From Pseudomonadota bacterium (GTDB lineage: Bacteria > Desulfobacterota > Binatia > Bin18): DNA of 63,798 nucleotides. The stretch spans positions 1 through 63,798 of the forward strand of contig SYOC01000222.1 in assembly GCA_005804965.1 (NCBI GenBank), in the 5' to 3' direction. Shown here piece after piece: positions 52,655 to 61,445 of this stretch (position 1 is its first letter; every line of letters begins with the position of its first letter). The position numbers and the translations under genes were made by a program. The notes under the pieces were generated by a model, which had not been told where the DNA came from, made no database searches, and saw nothing but the letters and a program-made list of their open reading frames with translations.

Positions 52655-53221
52655 CTATTTTCTTTCTTGAATCAAGACTTGAAAAAGTGCCAGGACTTTA
52701 CGCACGCCGTTGGTAATGGCCCGAGACGTGAGCGTAGCTCCAGCGACGCCATGGATATCTCGTCGTATTTGTAACTCCGGGCCTAGAGCTTTCTGATCGA
52801 ACTGCTGAAGCCAACGATCAGAAGGGAGATACTCTTCAGGTTCGTAAAACGCAAGGACGAACAGTTTTTGCACGACACCCGAAGGGCTCAGGAGGATGAG
52901 GAAAGCCTCAGGAAGGGTTCGCACTAAGTGAGTTTCGATGAACGCATAGCCAACAATTTGATCGGCTTTATAGCCGACGTAAAATGTCGCGAGCTTGGAA
53001 TCGACGGGAGCGGTGGCCAGAGTAGCGACGCGCTGGACCTCCTCCTCTGAGAGAAAGAAGGTGGTGCTATCCTGGCGATCGGCACCTGCAAACGCGAGCG
53101 CCAGCGCCTCTTCCCGAGAATGGAAGACTTTGGCCTGGGCTTGTTGCGATGAACACCACACGCCCAGGTAGACGGAGCAGAGCACAATCGCAGCGGATTT
53201 AGAAAGCGAAGCCCACACCAA
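52655..53221 (-). CDS. periplasmic FMN-binding-domain protein (flavinylation substrate)
   Basis: Has a signal peptide. The C-terminal DIHGVAGATLTSRAITNGV resembles the (S/T)GAT flavinylation motif of NqrC/RnfG-type FMN_bind domains. Confidence 0.7.
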   Translation of the reverse strand: MVWASLSKSAAIVLCSVYLGVWCSSQQAQAKVFHSREEALALAFAGADRQDSTTFFLSEEEVQRVATLATAPVDSKLATFYVGYKADQIVGYAFIETHLVRTLPEAFLILLSPSGVVQKLFVLAFYEPEEYLPSDRWLQQFDQKALGPELQIRRDIHGVAGATLTSRAITNGVRKVLALFQVLIQERK

Positions 53222-54617
53222 AATTCACCTCGTCGGCACGTTTCCCACGGATTGGCGAGAAATCGCGATAATCAAGTTTGAGCACAACATTGGGATGAGG
53301 CTTGTAACTCACGCCGGTGACCCAGAGGCGCACAGCCTTCGATTTGTCGCGACGGAAACCCGCCGGAGTCTGGTCGTGTGTGTCGAAGTATTCGAAGCGC
53401 ACGAACGGTGCGAAATACTGCTCGGTATTGGGCTGCAACAGCGGGAAGAGATCGTAGGCAATTTCTCCGTAAGTGCCGAGCATGCGGCTGCCGATTGTTT
53501 CGCTGGTGCCAATGTCCCTGGTTTTCCGTAGCGCCAAGGTCAGTTCGCGTGCGTCGCCGAGATGCGCTAGCGTAAAAAGACCGCGCAACTCGAGCCCGTG
53601 GGAGCGATATTGCCCGTGTGCTTCCCAGAGCGTCAGGTGAGCGTCTGGAAGCTTTGTGCCACTGACAGTTTGATTATTGCCTTGGTCACCGGTGTAGAAA
53701 GACCCGCCGAGGAGTAGACTTGGGTGGGGGGTGTAATCAATGCGCCCGACGACAGAAATATCTTCGGCCAGCGTACGGTTCCCTTTTTGTCTTCCGCCGC
53801 GCAAGCCGCTTGAGGAAATCCCCCGTGCATTGAGTCCATTCACGGCATAGAGGCGGTACTGCACATCCGGTCCAAGCCTGCCGAAGAGTCCGACTCCGTT
53901 CTCTCGCCAGGTGGTTGGAATGATGACTGTTTCGACTTCCGTGCGGCCGACCCCGTGATAGGTGTTGGGTTCATGCATTTCGTTGACAAAGCCCATGGGG
54001 ACGAGCAGGAGGCCGATGCGGCCATTGGCGTATTCCGAGAAAAAGAAGTCGAGATACGCGAACTCTACCGAAACTTCCCCGCTACTGCTCGTTTTGGTCG
54101 AGGCGGTAGAAGCATGTTCGAATTCGATCTCGGAATTGAAAATGATCCAGTCGTTAAACTTATACCCAAAGTACAAGACCCCGCGCAGGTAATCGGCCGT
54201 GTCTCGGTTGTCTTTCGTCTTGTCGCCGACGAATTTCCGATAGAAGCCTTCACCGTAGCCACCGATAGAAAGGCCACGTTGGGTATTATAAATTTTTGAG
54301 GCGGCGGGCCCCATACCATAGAGACTTTTGTATTCGGCTTTCTCCGGCACTGTGAGATTGGTTCTGAGCTTTTCGAACTCCTCTGCCAACACGTTGGTTC
54401 TCTTTGCGTGCTCCTCCTGTTTGGTCTTTTCTTTCTCTGCTTGCTGTCGTTGTTCTTCCCGCAGAGATTGTAATTCTTTCTGCATCTCGAGCATTTGTTG
54501 CTGAAGACCTTCGATCTTCTCTTCTAATGTCGCTTTTCCTGCTGGCTGAGCGATGGCCGATGTCGCTCCCAAAAGGAGCAGGAGGGCTGCTACCATCCTC
54601 TTTCGTGTCCATACCAT
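53199..54617 (-). CDS. outer-membrane porin-like beta-barrel with N-terminal coiled coil
   Basis: The signal peptide starts at the ATG at 54617 and is followed by a heptad-like region (LEEKIEGLQQQMLEMQKELQSLREEQRQQAEKEK). The body has alternating beta-strand patterns and a C-terminal aromatic residue (VNFGVGFAF). Confidence 0.55.
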   Translation of the reverse strand: MVWTRKRMVAALLLLLGATSAIAQPAGKATLEEKIEGLQQQMLEMQKELQSLREEQRQQAEKEKTKQEEHAKRTNVLAEEFEKLRTNLTVPEKAEYKSLYGMGPAASKIYNTQRGLSIGGYGEGFYRKFVGDKTKDNRDTADYLRGVLYFGYKFNDWIIFNSEIEFEHASTASTKTSSSGEVSVEFAYLDFFFSEYANGRIGLLLVPMGFVNEMHEPNTYHGVGRTEVETVIIPTTWRENGVGLFGRLGPDVQYRLYAVNGLNARGISSSGLRGGRQKGNRTLAEDISVVGRIDYTPHPSLLLGGSFYTGDQGNNQTVSGTKLPDAHLTLWEAHGQYRSHGLELRGLFTLAHLGDARELTLALRKTRDIGTSETIGSRMLGTYGEIAYDLFPLLQPNTEQYFAPFVRFEYFDTHDQTPAGFRRDKSKAVRLWVTGVSYKPHPNVVLKLDYRDFSPIRGKRADEVNFGVGFAF

Positions 54618-54644
54618 CAGAACAAACTCCTCTTTTGTTTTTGA

Positions 54645-54673
54645 TTGAAATTGAGAATCATTTTCAATTTCAA
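54645..54673. promoter_or_regulatory. Fur-box-like palindromic operator overlapping a TTGACA promoter
   Basis: The 29-nt near-perfect palindrome is ttgaaattgagaatcattttcaatttcaa. Its core TGAGAATCATTTTCA (54652-54666) matches the 7-1-7 Fur box TGATAATnATTATCA at 13/15 positions. A TTGACA on the minus strand lies at 54675-54680. Confidence 0.45.
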
Positions 54674-54784
54674 CTGTCAAGGGCCTCTGCTATTTCTCGT
54701 CTGTGCGTGGAAGGGCGCTCGCCTTGCTCGTCGTTGCACGAGGGAAAAGGAAACGCTAGTATCTGAAGCCGTTCTATTCCGTAG

Positions 54785-54874
54785 GGGGAGGTGGCCGAGT
54801 GGTCGAAGGCGCTCGCCTGCTAAGCGAGTGTACGGCTAATCACCGTACCGCGGGTTCAAATCCCGCCCTCTCCG
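54785..54874 (+). tRNA. tRNA-Ser (anticodon GCU)
   Basis: I folded it by hand. The acceptor is GGGGAGG/CCTCTCC with one G-U pair. The anticodon stem is CTCGC/GCGAG with loop CTGCTAA. It has a long variable arm and a T-arm GCGGG-TTCAAAT-CCCGC. No CCA is encoded. Confidence 0.9.
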
Positions 54875-55299
54875 TACCGTATTCCAGCTTCCCCACCTTT
54901 CAGTTTTTGACCACCGCTGTGATGTTCACTGATGTCTGCGTCGTGTAAGGGACAAGTGTATCCCGCTCTTCTCTCTCGACCCTCCTTCACCACTTCGACC
55001 TCCGCAGTTTTTGCTTCTGTAACAACAGGAGGCGATAAGAGAACGCGTTGCTGATGGAGCAATCGACCTTCTCTTTTTTTGTGATATTCCTGTCTCGTAT
55101 CTAGTCGAGAAAATTTTCTTCCTCTCAGTTTTTTCTCTTGACTACGAAGGTAAAACGTCTTAGTCTGTCGCCCGTGTAAAGAAGGAAGTGGAGAGAAAAT
55201 ATCAATCCACGAAAACACCTTTCTTCTTTTATCGTTGCTTACGAGATTCGTTTGTAGAGCGAAGTTGTAGGAAATTTTTGTGGAAAGGATGGTGGAGTT

Positions 55300-55614
55300 A
55301 TGGCGGCAGCAAGTGTAAAGAAGAAACCGGCAGCAGCAGCGGCACCGAAAAAAAAGGTAGCCAGCAGCGCGAGTGCGAGCAGTGGCGGCAATGGCAGCAA
55401 GGTGGCCCTTCCCGATGTGATGACGATGGGGCAAGCGGCGGCAACCCTTGGGGTGAGCCGACAAGCGATCTGGCACGCGGTGAATCGCGGCCGACTGCGT
55501 GCATTGCGCTTTCAGCACGTGGTCTTGATTCCTAAAGGTGCACTTGACGAATATCAACGCACGAAAAGTAAAGGTGGTCGCCCCAAGAAAAAACCCGAAG
55601 GGCGCACCCGCTAG
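55300..55614 (+). CDS. excisionase-family helix-turn-helix DNA-binding protein with Lys/Ala-rich N-terminus
   Basis: MTMGQAAATLGVSRQAIWHAVNRGRLRALRFQHVVLIPKGALDEY is an HTH_17/excisionase-like pattern. The N- and C-terminal tails are K/A/P-rich. Confidence 0.6.
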   Translation: MAAASVKKKPAAAAAPKKKVASSASASSGGNGSKVALPDVMTMGQAAATLGVSRQAIWHAVNRGRLRALRFQHVVLIPKGALDEYQRTKSKGGRPKKKPEGRTR

Positions 55615-55929
55615 CTGTAGATAGCCTATAGAGCCGGTCGGCACCTTGACGGTGTAGCTGGCTCCTTCTCTTCTGCGTTCGCGACATGCAGTATTTGGGC
55701 TGAGAACATGTCCCGTCTTCATGCCCGGTCGCGAACTGAAAGCTACGACAATGCTACGGCGCGTAGCCTTGTGCCTACGTAACACCATGATCCTCTGTTG
55801 TGGCGGTGGAGGGAGTTGCTGTTGCCCTCCCGCTTATGCTAGAGAATGGTTCCCGTTGCGGCACTTCCTCTGCTCATGCTTGAAAAAGCTAGCATCCTGG
55901 GAGTGCTCAGATAGCGGTTTTCCTCTCGT

Positions 55930-56003
55930 GCGCCCTTAGCTCAGCTGGATAGAGCGGCAGGCTACGAACCTGTAGGTCGTGTGTTCGAATCACGCAGGGC
56001 GCA
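55930..56003 (+). tRNA. tRNA-Arg (anticodon ACG)
   Basis: I folded it by hand. The acceptor is GCGCCCT/AGGGCGC and the D-arm is GCTC-AGCTGGATA-GAGC. The anticodon loop is CTACGAA and the T-arm is GTGTG-TTCGAAT-CACGC. No CCA is encoded. Confidence 0.9.
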
Positions 56004-56042
56004 TCTCTCCCCCCTCATCGTTGATCAATAGTATCGGAGAAC

Positions 56043-56900
56043 ATGCCGATGAACCGGGCTGAACGACGGCGACAGGGGAAAGCATCTGCTAAGCAACCCT
56101 CTGCCCTGCAGCACGCTCCGTTACCCTTCGACATTGCGGCCATCAAGTCGCAACTCCAACAGGCCGTTACTCCCGAAGCCGTTCGACGTTTAATCGCTGA
56201 TCTCGTTGCGCAAGGGATTCCTGCAGCGGCTGGCGAAGAACTGACGGCCTATGCCGCGCAGTATCACGAAACGAGGGTTGCGCTAGATACTGGAGAGAAT
56301 GCACCGCAGCAGGTAGCTGCTCTGGTCACTGATGCCCATGCCTGGGCCGATGCCATGATCGACCGTTCTCCGCAGCGGGATCGCCGCGCTTGTCATGCCG
56401 GCTGCGCATTTTGTTGCTATGTGCCTACCGTGTTGGCTTCTGCCGCTGAAGTTGTCCAGCTCGCTGCGTGGCTGCGGGAACATTGTCAGCCTGATGATCT
56501 TGCTGCTGTGCGCCAGCGTTTAGCCGCACGACTTGCGCAAAAAGCGGCAACTTCCTCGGCGGCACAGGAAAAGGGACCATTGCCCTGCGCCTTGCTGCAT
56601 GAGAATCGTTGCCTTGCCTACGACGTGCGGCCTTTCAAATGTCGCGGGTGGACGTCGCTGCGCCGAGAAGTTTGCGAACAATCCTACGGTCATGGCCAGT
56701 CGTCGGAGTCGATTCCGGCGGACGCTTATGCGTTTGTCATGGGCAATGCGGTGCTTAACGGCTTCAGCGACGGGGTGAAACAGGCAGGTTTGGACGGAGG
56801 TTCGTACGACCTGAGCGCTGCACTTATGCGAGTGCTCGATCTCCCAGACGCCGTGCAGCGGTGGCGTGCTGGTGAACGCTTGTTTGATGTCGGACGGTAA
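56043..56900 (+). CDS. YkgJ-family Cys-cluster (UPF0153) protein
   Basis: Carries CHAGCAFCCY and CALLHENRCLAYDVRPFKCR. Confidence 0.7.
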   Translation: MPMNRAERRRQGKASAKQPSALQHAPLPFDIAAIKSQLQQAVTPEAVRRLIADLVAQGIPAAAGEELTAYAAQYHETRVALDTGENAPQQVAALVTDAHAWADAMIDRSPQRDRRACHAGCAFCCYVPTVLASAAEVVQLAAWLREHCQPDDLAAVRQRLAARLAQKAATSSAAQEKGPLPCALLHENRCLAYDVRPFKCRGWTSLRREVCEQSYGHGQSSESIPADAYAFVMGNAVLNGFSDGVKQAGLDGGSYDLSAALMRVLDLPDAVQRWRAGERLFDVGR

Positions 56901-57022
56901 GGCGGATTGCTCGGCTGGCGTGTTCGTTGCCTTGACGTTCCCATCCGAGGAGGGGGAGTAGTGGAAGCCTGCACGAGACGATATGACACGCCTTTTACTG
57001 TGCTGGAAGTAAGGAGGAGTAG

Positions 57023-58969
57023 ATGTTGAAAGACAATCGTAACGGTCAGTGGGGCCATTGGTTCGCGGGGACACTGCGTACCATGACAAAGACTATGGCC
57101 TTTTCCATGGGTGCTTTTTTCTGTGGCATGCTTGGCACGGCGGGAGCCGCTCCATTGGATTCGCCGCATGCTGCGCCTGGCGTCGATGGCGCAAAAGTCT
57201 ATGAACAAAAGTGTGCCAGTTGTCACAACGGCACTGTCCAACGTGCGCCGCAACTGGCGGTGATGAAACAGAAGAGTCCAGAAGACGTTCTCGATGCTCT
57301 CCTTACCGGTCCTATGGTGTTTCTGGGAATGGGTATGGGTGATGCCGAGCGCAGAGCCGTTGCTGAGTTCATCACTGGGAAGCAATTGGGTGAAGCCCAA
57401 CTCCAGGCGACTGCTGCGAACATGTGCGCGTCGCCCGGCGAGTTCGCCCCAGAGAAAGGCTCGCAATGGAACGGTTGGGGTGTGACGCTTGCCAACTCGC
57501 GTGTCCAGTCTGCTGAACACGCCGGCCTGACTGCTGAACAGGTGCCGAATCTGAAAGTTAAATGGGCATTCGGCTATCCTGAAGGAACGGTGGCATCGCA
57601 GCCGACTGTTGTTGGTGGCCGCATTTTCGTTGGCACGTTGCGCGGGCAAATCTATTCGATTGACGCCAAGACCGGTTGTCTCTATTGGGCGATCAAGAAT
57701 CCTACCGGTATACGTTCGGCCATCAGTATTGAGCGTCTCCCGAACTCGAATCCTGCAAAATATGTCGCCTTTTTCGGCGATCTGTCGGCGAACGTGCATG
57801 CCCTCGACGCACGAACCGGCGAGAAAATTTGGACAACGAAGGTCGATCCGCACCCGATCACGCGTGTGACCGGATCGCCGAAGTTCCACGACGGTCGTCT
57901 CTATGTGCCTGTGACCTCGCTTGAAGAAGCCTCGGCTGCCGACGCCCGGTACGAATGCTGCACCTTCCGTGGAAACTTGGTGGCGCTTGACGCCGCCACC
58001 GGCAAGCAAATTTGGAAGACCTACACCATCGTCGAGGAAGTGAAGCCTACGCGCAAGAAAAAGAACGGCGTGCAAATGTATGGTCCATCGGGAGCTTCGA
58101 TCTGGTCATCGCCGACGATTGACCCTGAAGGCGGGAAGATTTATGTCACGACTGGAGATAACTATTCCGATCCGGCTTCGAAAACCAGTGACGCCATCAT
58201 TGCGTTCGATCTGAAAACCGGCAAGTTCCTGTGGTCGGAGCAATTTCTTGCGAACGATGCGTGGAACGTGGCCTGCGACTCGCAAGATGAAACCAATTGT
58301 CCCGAAGCTCGCGGTCCTGATCTGGATTTTGGTTCGTCTTCCATCTTACAGAAATTGTCAAATGGGAAGCGGGTGTTAGTCGCTGGGCAAAAGTCTGGCA
58401 TGGTGTACGGGATTGATCCTGACGCGAACGGGAAGCGCTTGTGGGAGCAGCGCGCTGGCAAAGGTGGCATTGCTGGTGGCGTGCAGTGGGGACCGGCGGC
58501 CGATAACGAACTGATGTATGTGGCCGTGTCGGATATCGGCATGACACCAACCAACGATCCCGAGAGAGGGACGGTGCCCATGCTCGACTCCAAGGTCGGT
58601 GGTGGAATCCATGCATTTCGTTTAGCGACTGGTGAGAAGGTGTGGTCGGTGTCGCCGCCGGGGTGTGGCGAGCGTAAAAACTGTAGCCCAGCGCAATCGG
58701 CAGCGATTTCCGCTATGCCTGGTGTTGTGTTCTCGGGCGCGGTCGATAGCTATCTACGAGCCTATTCTACGAAAGATGGAAAAGTCCTTTGGGAACACAA
58801 CGCGGCGCAGGAGTACAAGACCATCAACGGCGTCAAAGCCAATGGCGGATCGTTCGACTCCTCGGGGCCGACCATCGTGGACGGCATTGTGTACGTAAAC
58901 TCTGGCTATGCGCAGTTTGGCGGGCTAGGGGGCAATGTCTTGTTAGCGTTCTCGGTGGATGGAAAGTGA
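57023..58969 (+). CDS. PQQ-dependent quinohemoprotein dehydrogenase (N-terminal cytochrome c plus beta-propeller; PVA-dehydrogenase-like)
   Basis: The heme motif is CASCHNG. Repeated PQQ-propeller W-motifs follow (GKIWTTK, GKQIWKTY, GKFLWSEQ, GEKVWSV, GKVLWEH). The true start may be the ATG at 57083, just before the signal peptide. Confidence 0.85.
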   Translation: MLKDNRNGQWGHWFAGTLRTMTKTMAFSMGAFFCGMLGTAGAAPLDSPHAAPGVDGAKVYEQKCASCHNGTVQRAPQLAVMKQKSPEDVLDALLTGPMVFLGMGMGDAERRAVAEFITGKQLGEAQLQATAANMCASPGEFAPEKGSQWNGWGVTLANSRVQSAEHAGLTAEQVPNLKVKWAFGYPEGTVASQPTVVGGRIFVGTLRGQIYSIDAKTGCLYWAIKNPTGIRSAISIERLPNSNPAKYVAFFGDLSANVHALDARTGEKIWTTKVDPHPITRVTGSPKFHDGRLYVPVTSLEEASAADARYECCTFRGNLVALDAATGKQIWKTYTIVEEVKPTRKKKNGVQMYGPSGASIWSSPTIDPEGGKIYVTTGDNYSDPASKTSDAIIAFDLKTGKFLWSEQFLANDAWNVACDSQDETNCPEARGPDLDFGSSSILQKLSNGKRVLVAGQKSGMVYGIDPDANGKRLWEQRAGKGGIAGGVQWGPAADNELMYVAVSDIGMTPTNDPERGTVPMLDSKVGGGIHAFRLATGEKVWSVSPPGCGERKNCSPAQSAAISAMPGVVFSGAVDSYLRAYSTKDGKVLWEHNAAQEYKTINGVKANGGSFDSSGPTIVDGIVYVNSGYAQFGGLGGNVLLAFSVDGK

Positions 58970-59048
58970 GATAGAGACAGAGATAGCGAAGGGTGATGTG
59001 GTCTCTATCTCTGTCTTTTTCAGTGGTGGTCTCTCGCTATTCCCTGCC

Positions 59049-60326
59049 TTAGTGTCTGCCAACCAACTCCTGCAACTTAAACACCCGCGCCGCGTTGAGC
59101 CCGAGCACTTTGGCGCGGCTGGTTTCCGAGAGGCAACCCATTTGCCGTTCAATGCTCTCGGCTGAGTGTGGCCAACTGCCCTCATGATGGGGATAGTCAT
59201 TGGACCACATCAGGTTATCGACAATGCCGAGTTCTTCAGCGCGTGGCAGGGTGACATGGTCTTCCATGAAAGCCGAAAAGCAATTGCGCCGATAGTAGAA
59301 ACTCGGCAGTTCCGGCATCACCGGACGCACCCACATGTGATGCGCTTGGAACGAGTAGTCCATCGCCTCGATCATCCACGGCACCCAACCAATCCCGCCT
59401 TCAATCGACCCGGCCTTCAGCGTAGGGTGACGCTCGAAAACTCCCGAGCTAATCAGGTTGACCAGTGGCTCCATGACCGTTGGCATGGAGTGGCAGACAT
59501 AGTTGATGACTGCTCCACCGAGGCCAGTCACACCGCGCGGATCGCGTCCGGTGGAGACGTGAAACGTGATCGGCAAATCTACTTCCGCGATCAACGACCA
59601 CAGTGTGTCGAAATGCTTGTCGTTGTACTGCAACTCGCCCGGTTTGATCGGACCAAAGATCGGCTTGTTCGGCAGTGCCAATCCTCTGAAGCCTTGCTCC
59701 GCCGCCCATTTGACTTCGGCCATCGCACCTGAGAGATCGCCGGGAGCGATGACCGCCATCGGCATAAGGCGGTCCCAATAGTCGGCAAAGTTCTCCCTGG
59801 CCCAACGGTTCCACACGCGGAACATCGCCTGCTGAAACACTGGGTCAGGCGTAGCGAAGCACAACAGACCTTTATTGGGGAAGATGATTTCGGCATCGAC
59901 ACCGTCGGCATCAGCATCGCGCACGCGTTGCTCGAGGTCGGCTCCTGCGCGGTAGCGAAGACGATCCTCCGGCTCCATGCGGCCAGTGTAGGGCTGAAAA
60001 AAGTCCGGCTCTTCATAGGCTTCGCGCTCGATGAGATGCTTGACGACATCGCGCCCCGGCATGATGAGGCTGGGCTGCATGCCTTCGGAGATCATCCACT
60101 GAGCACCGTCTTCATCGACGCTGAGGCGCGGAATCCGGTCGCGGTACTGCGGCTCGATCCGTGAGGAGAGAAAATCGACCGGCTCAATGCCGTGGGTATC
60201 AACCGAGATCATGACATACTTGTCGGGATCGCCAGCACGTGCCGTGCGCTTCCAGCTTGCCTGTCCAGGCGTAGCCTGACGCCAAGCGTTGCGGGGGGAG
60301 TCGGTAGGTGAAGAGACTGCCGCCAT
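59049..60326 (-). CDS. amidohydrolase-2 (ACMSD-like metal-dependent hydrolase) family protein
   Basis: Carries ISVDTHG near the N-terminus and WSNDYPHHEGSWPHS near the C-terminus. The start is uncertain. Confidence 0.8.
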   Translation of the reverse strand: MAAVSSPTDSPRNAWRQATPGQASWKRTARAGDPDKYVMISVDTHGIEPVDFLSSRIEPQYRDRIPRLSVDEDGAQWMISEGMQPSLIMPGRDVVKHLIEREAYEEPDFFQPYTGRMEPEDRLRYRAGADLEQRVRDADADGVDAEIIFPNKGLLCFATPDPVFQQAMFRVWNRWARENFADYWDRLMPMAVIAPGDLSGAMAEVKWAAEQGFRGLALPNKPIFGPIKPGELQYNDKHFDTLWSLIAEVDLPITFHVSTGRDPRGVTGLGGAVINYVCHSMPTVMEPLVNLISSGVFERHPTLKAGSIEGGIGWVPWMIEAMDYSFQAHHMWVRPVMPELPSFYYRRNCFSAFMEDHVTLPRAEELGIVDNLMWSNDYPHHEGSWPHSAESIERQMGCLSETSRAKVLGLNAARVFKLQELVGRH

Positions 60327-60351
60327 TATGTCGCTCCTTTGTAGATAGAGG

Positions 60352-61014
60352 TTATTGCCAAGTTGTTACAAGATTGGGAAGCTCGGCCAGCGTGCGGATT
60401 TCCGTGTCCGGAGTCGCCCCCAGTTCATCGAGCGGTAGATTGGTACGGTTGACCCAGCAGACCGTAAATCCAAATGCTTTCGCACCAGCCACGTCGAACC
60501 CATTGGCCGAGAGAAAAACGACCTCACGTGCTGCGCAGCCAAGCTGTCGTGTTGCCAGCTCGTAGACTTGTGGTACCGGTTTATAGCGACGCACGGCCTC
60601 CACACTCAAGACCGCATCGAAGGCGCTAGCGAGGGCAGTATTCTCCAGCAACTGATTGAGCATATGTAGGCTGCCGTTCGAGAGAATCAGGCGCGGATAA
60701 TGACTGAGCCGTTGCAACGTCTCTGATACTTCAGGAAACGGTTGCAGCGTCAGCCACGCCTGCATGAGCTGGGCTTTTTGCTCATCTGTGGCGGTGAGCC
60801 CCAGACGTTTGAGGGTGTAGTGCAGCGCATCGGCAGTGACCTGCCAAAAATCCCGGTACTGACCCATCAGCGTGCGGAGAAACGTATATTCCAACTGCTT
60901 GGCACGCCACAGTGCGACGAACGGCTCGGGCGTGGCTGTGACCGTTCCGCAAGCCGAAGTGACCGAGGCGACATCGAACAACGTGCCGTAGGCGTCAAAA
61001 ACCAGTGCGCGCAT
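60352..61014 (-). CDS. haloacid dehalogenase type II (HAD superfamily)
   Basis: From the ATG at 61014 it begins MRALVFDAYGTLFDV. It also carries LSNGS and SANGFDVAGAKAFG. Confidence 0.85.
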   Translation of the reverse strand: MRALVFDAYGTLFDVASVTSACGTVTATPEPFVALWRAKQLEYTFLRTLMGQYRDFWQVTADALHYTLKRLGLTATDEQKAQLMQAWLTLQPFPEVSETLQRLSHYPRLILSNGSLHMLNQLLENTALASAFDAVLSVEAVRRYKPVPQVYELATRQLGCAAREVVFLSANGFDVAGAKAFGFTVCWVNRTNLPLDELGATPDTEIRTLAELPNLVTTWQ

Positions 61015-61081
61015 AGCTCCCTCTCTCATTGCTTGGGCAAGCTATCATCGTCTGCGACCGTTGGTCCAGCGGTGAGGGGAT

Positions 61082-61240
61082 GGCGAAAGGGCGAAAGGAC
61101 GAAGAGGCGAAAGGGGAAAAAGAAGTCAGAAGCCAGGAGTCAGAAGGGAAGATGGAGGCAAGGATCGTCATTCCGGGCAAGCGGAGCGCGACTCGGAATC
61201 CAGAAAAAGACCTGAATTCCTGCTTGCGTTTGAAAACGCG
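61082..61240. repeat. simple-sequence motifs followed by REP-like palindromic units
   Basis: The ggcgaaagg motif occurs three times (61082-61114, the middle copy lacking its first g) and agtcagaag twice (61124-61146). These are followed by cgtcattccgggcaagcggagcgcgactcggaatccag (61166-61203) and cctgaattcctgcttgcgtttgaaaacgcg (61211-61240). Confidence 0.6.
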
Positions 61241-61445
61241 TTCATGAAGCATTCTCCTGGGTCTTCTGCCTTCGCCATCGTCAGAAACTCTTGCTCAACC
61301 GCGAAGACATTGAATCGCCGGTTCATTTCTCGTGGCCGATTTTCTTGCCGATCTCCAGCGAGAAGATACGCTGACCTATTCTGTCATCTTCCCAATGACG
61401 GGGTGGGAAAGAGCAGGCGAGTACGCAGGGGTGAAACGGGCAGGG

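Noticed and set aside
54856-55788. 310-aa ORF on the minus strand spanning the tRNA-flanked interval
   Set aside because: Its 3' end runs antisense through tRNA-Ser, and it overlaps the HTH gene on the other strand. Its composition is Cys/Arg/Lys-rich and low in complexity, and it has no RBS.
54785-56003. Intact integrative element at the tRNA genes
   Set aside because: I found no integrase or recombinase ORF and no duplicated tRNA 3' end in the window. Only an excisionase-like HTH gene is present.
56726-58075. 449-aa ORF on the minus strand
   Set aside because: It is antisense to the PQQ quinohemoprotein gene and to the end of the YkgJ gene. It is Arg-rich with no motif.
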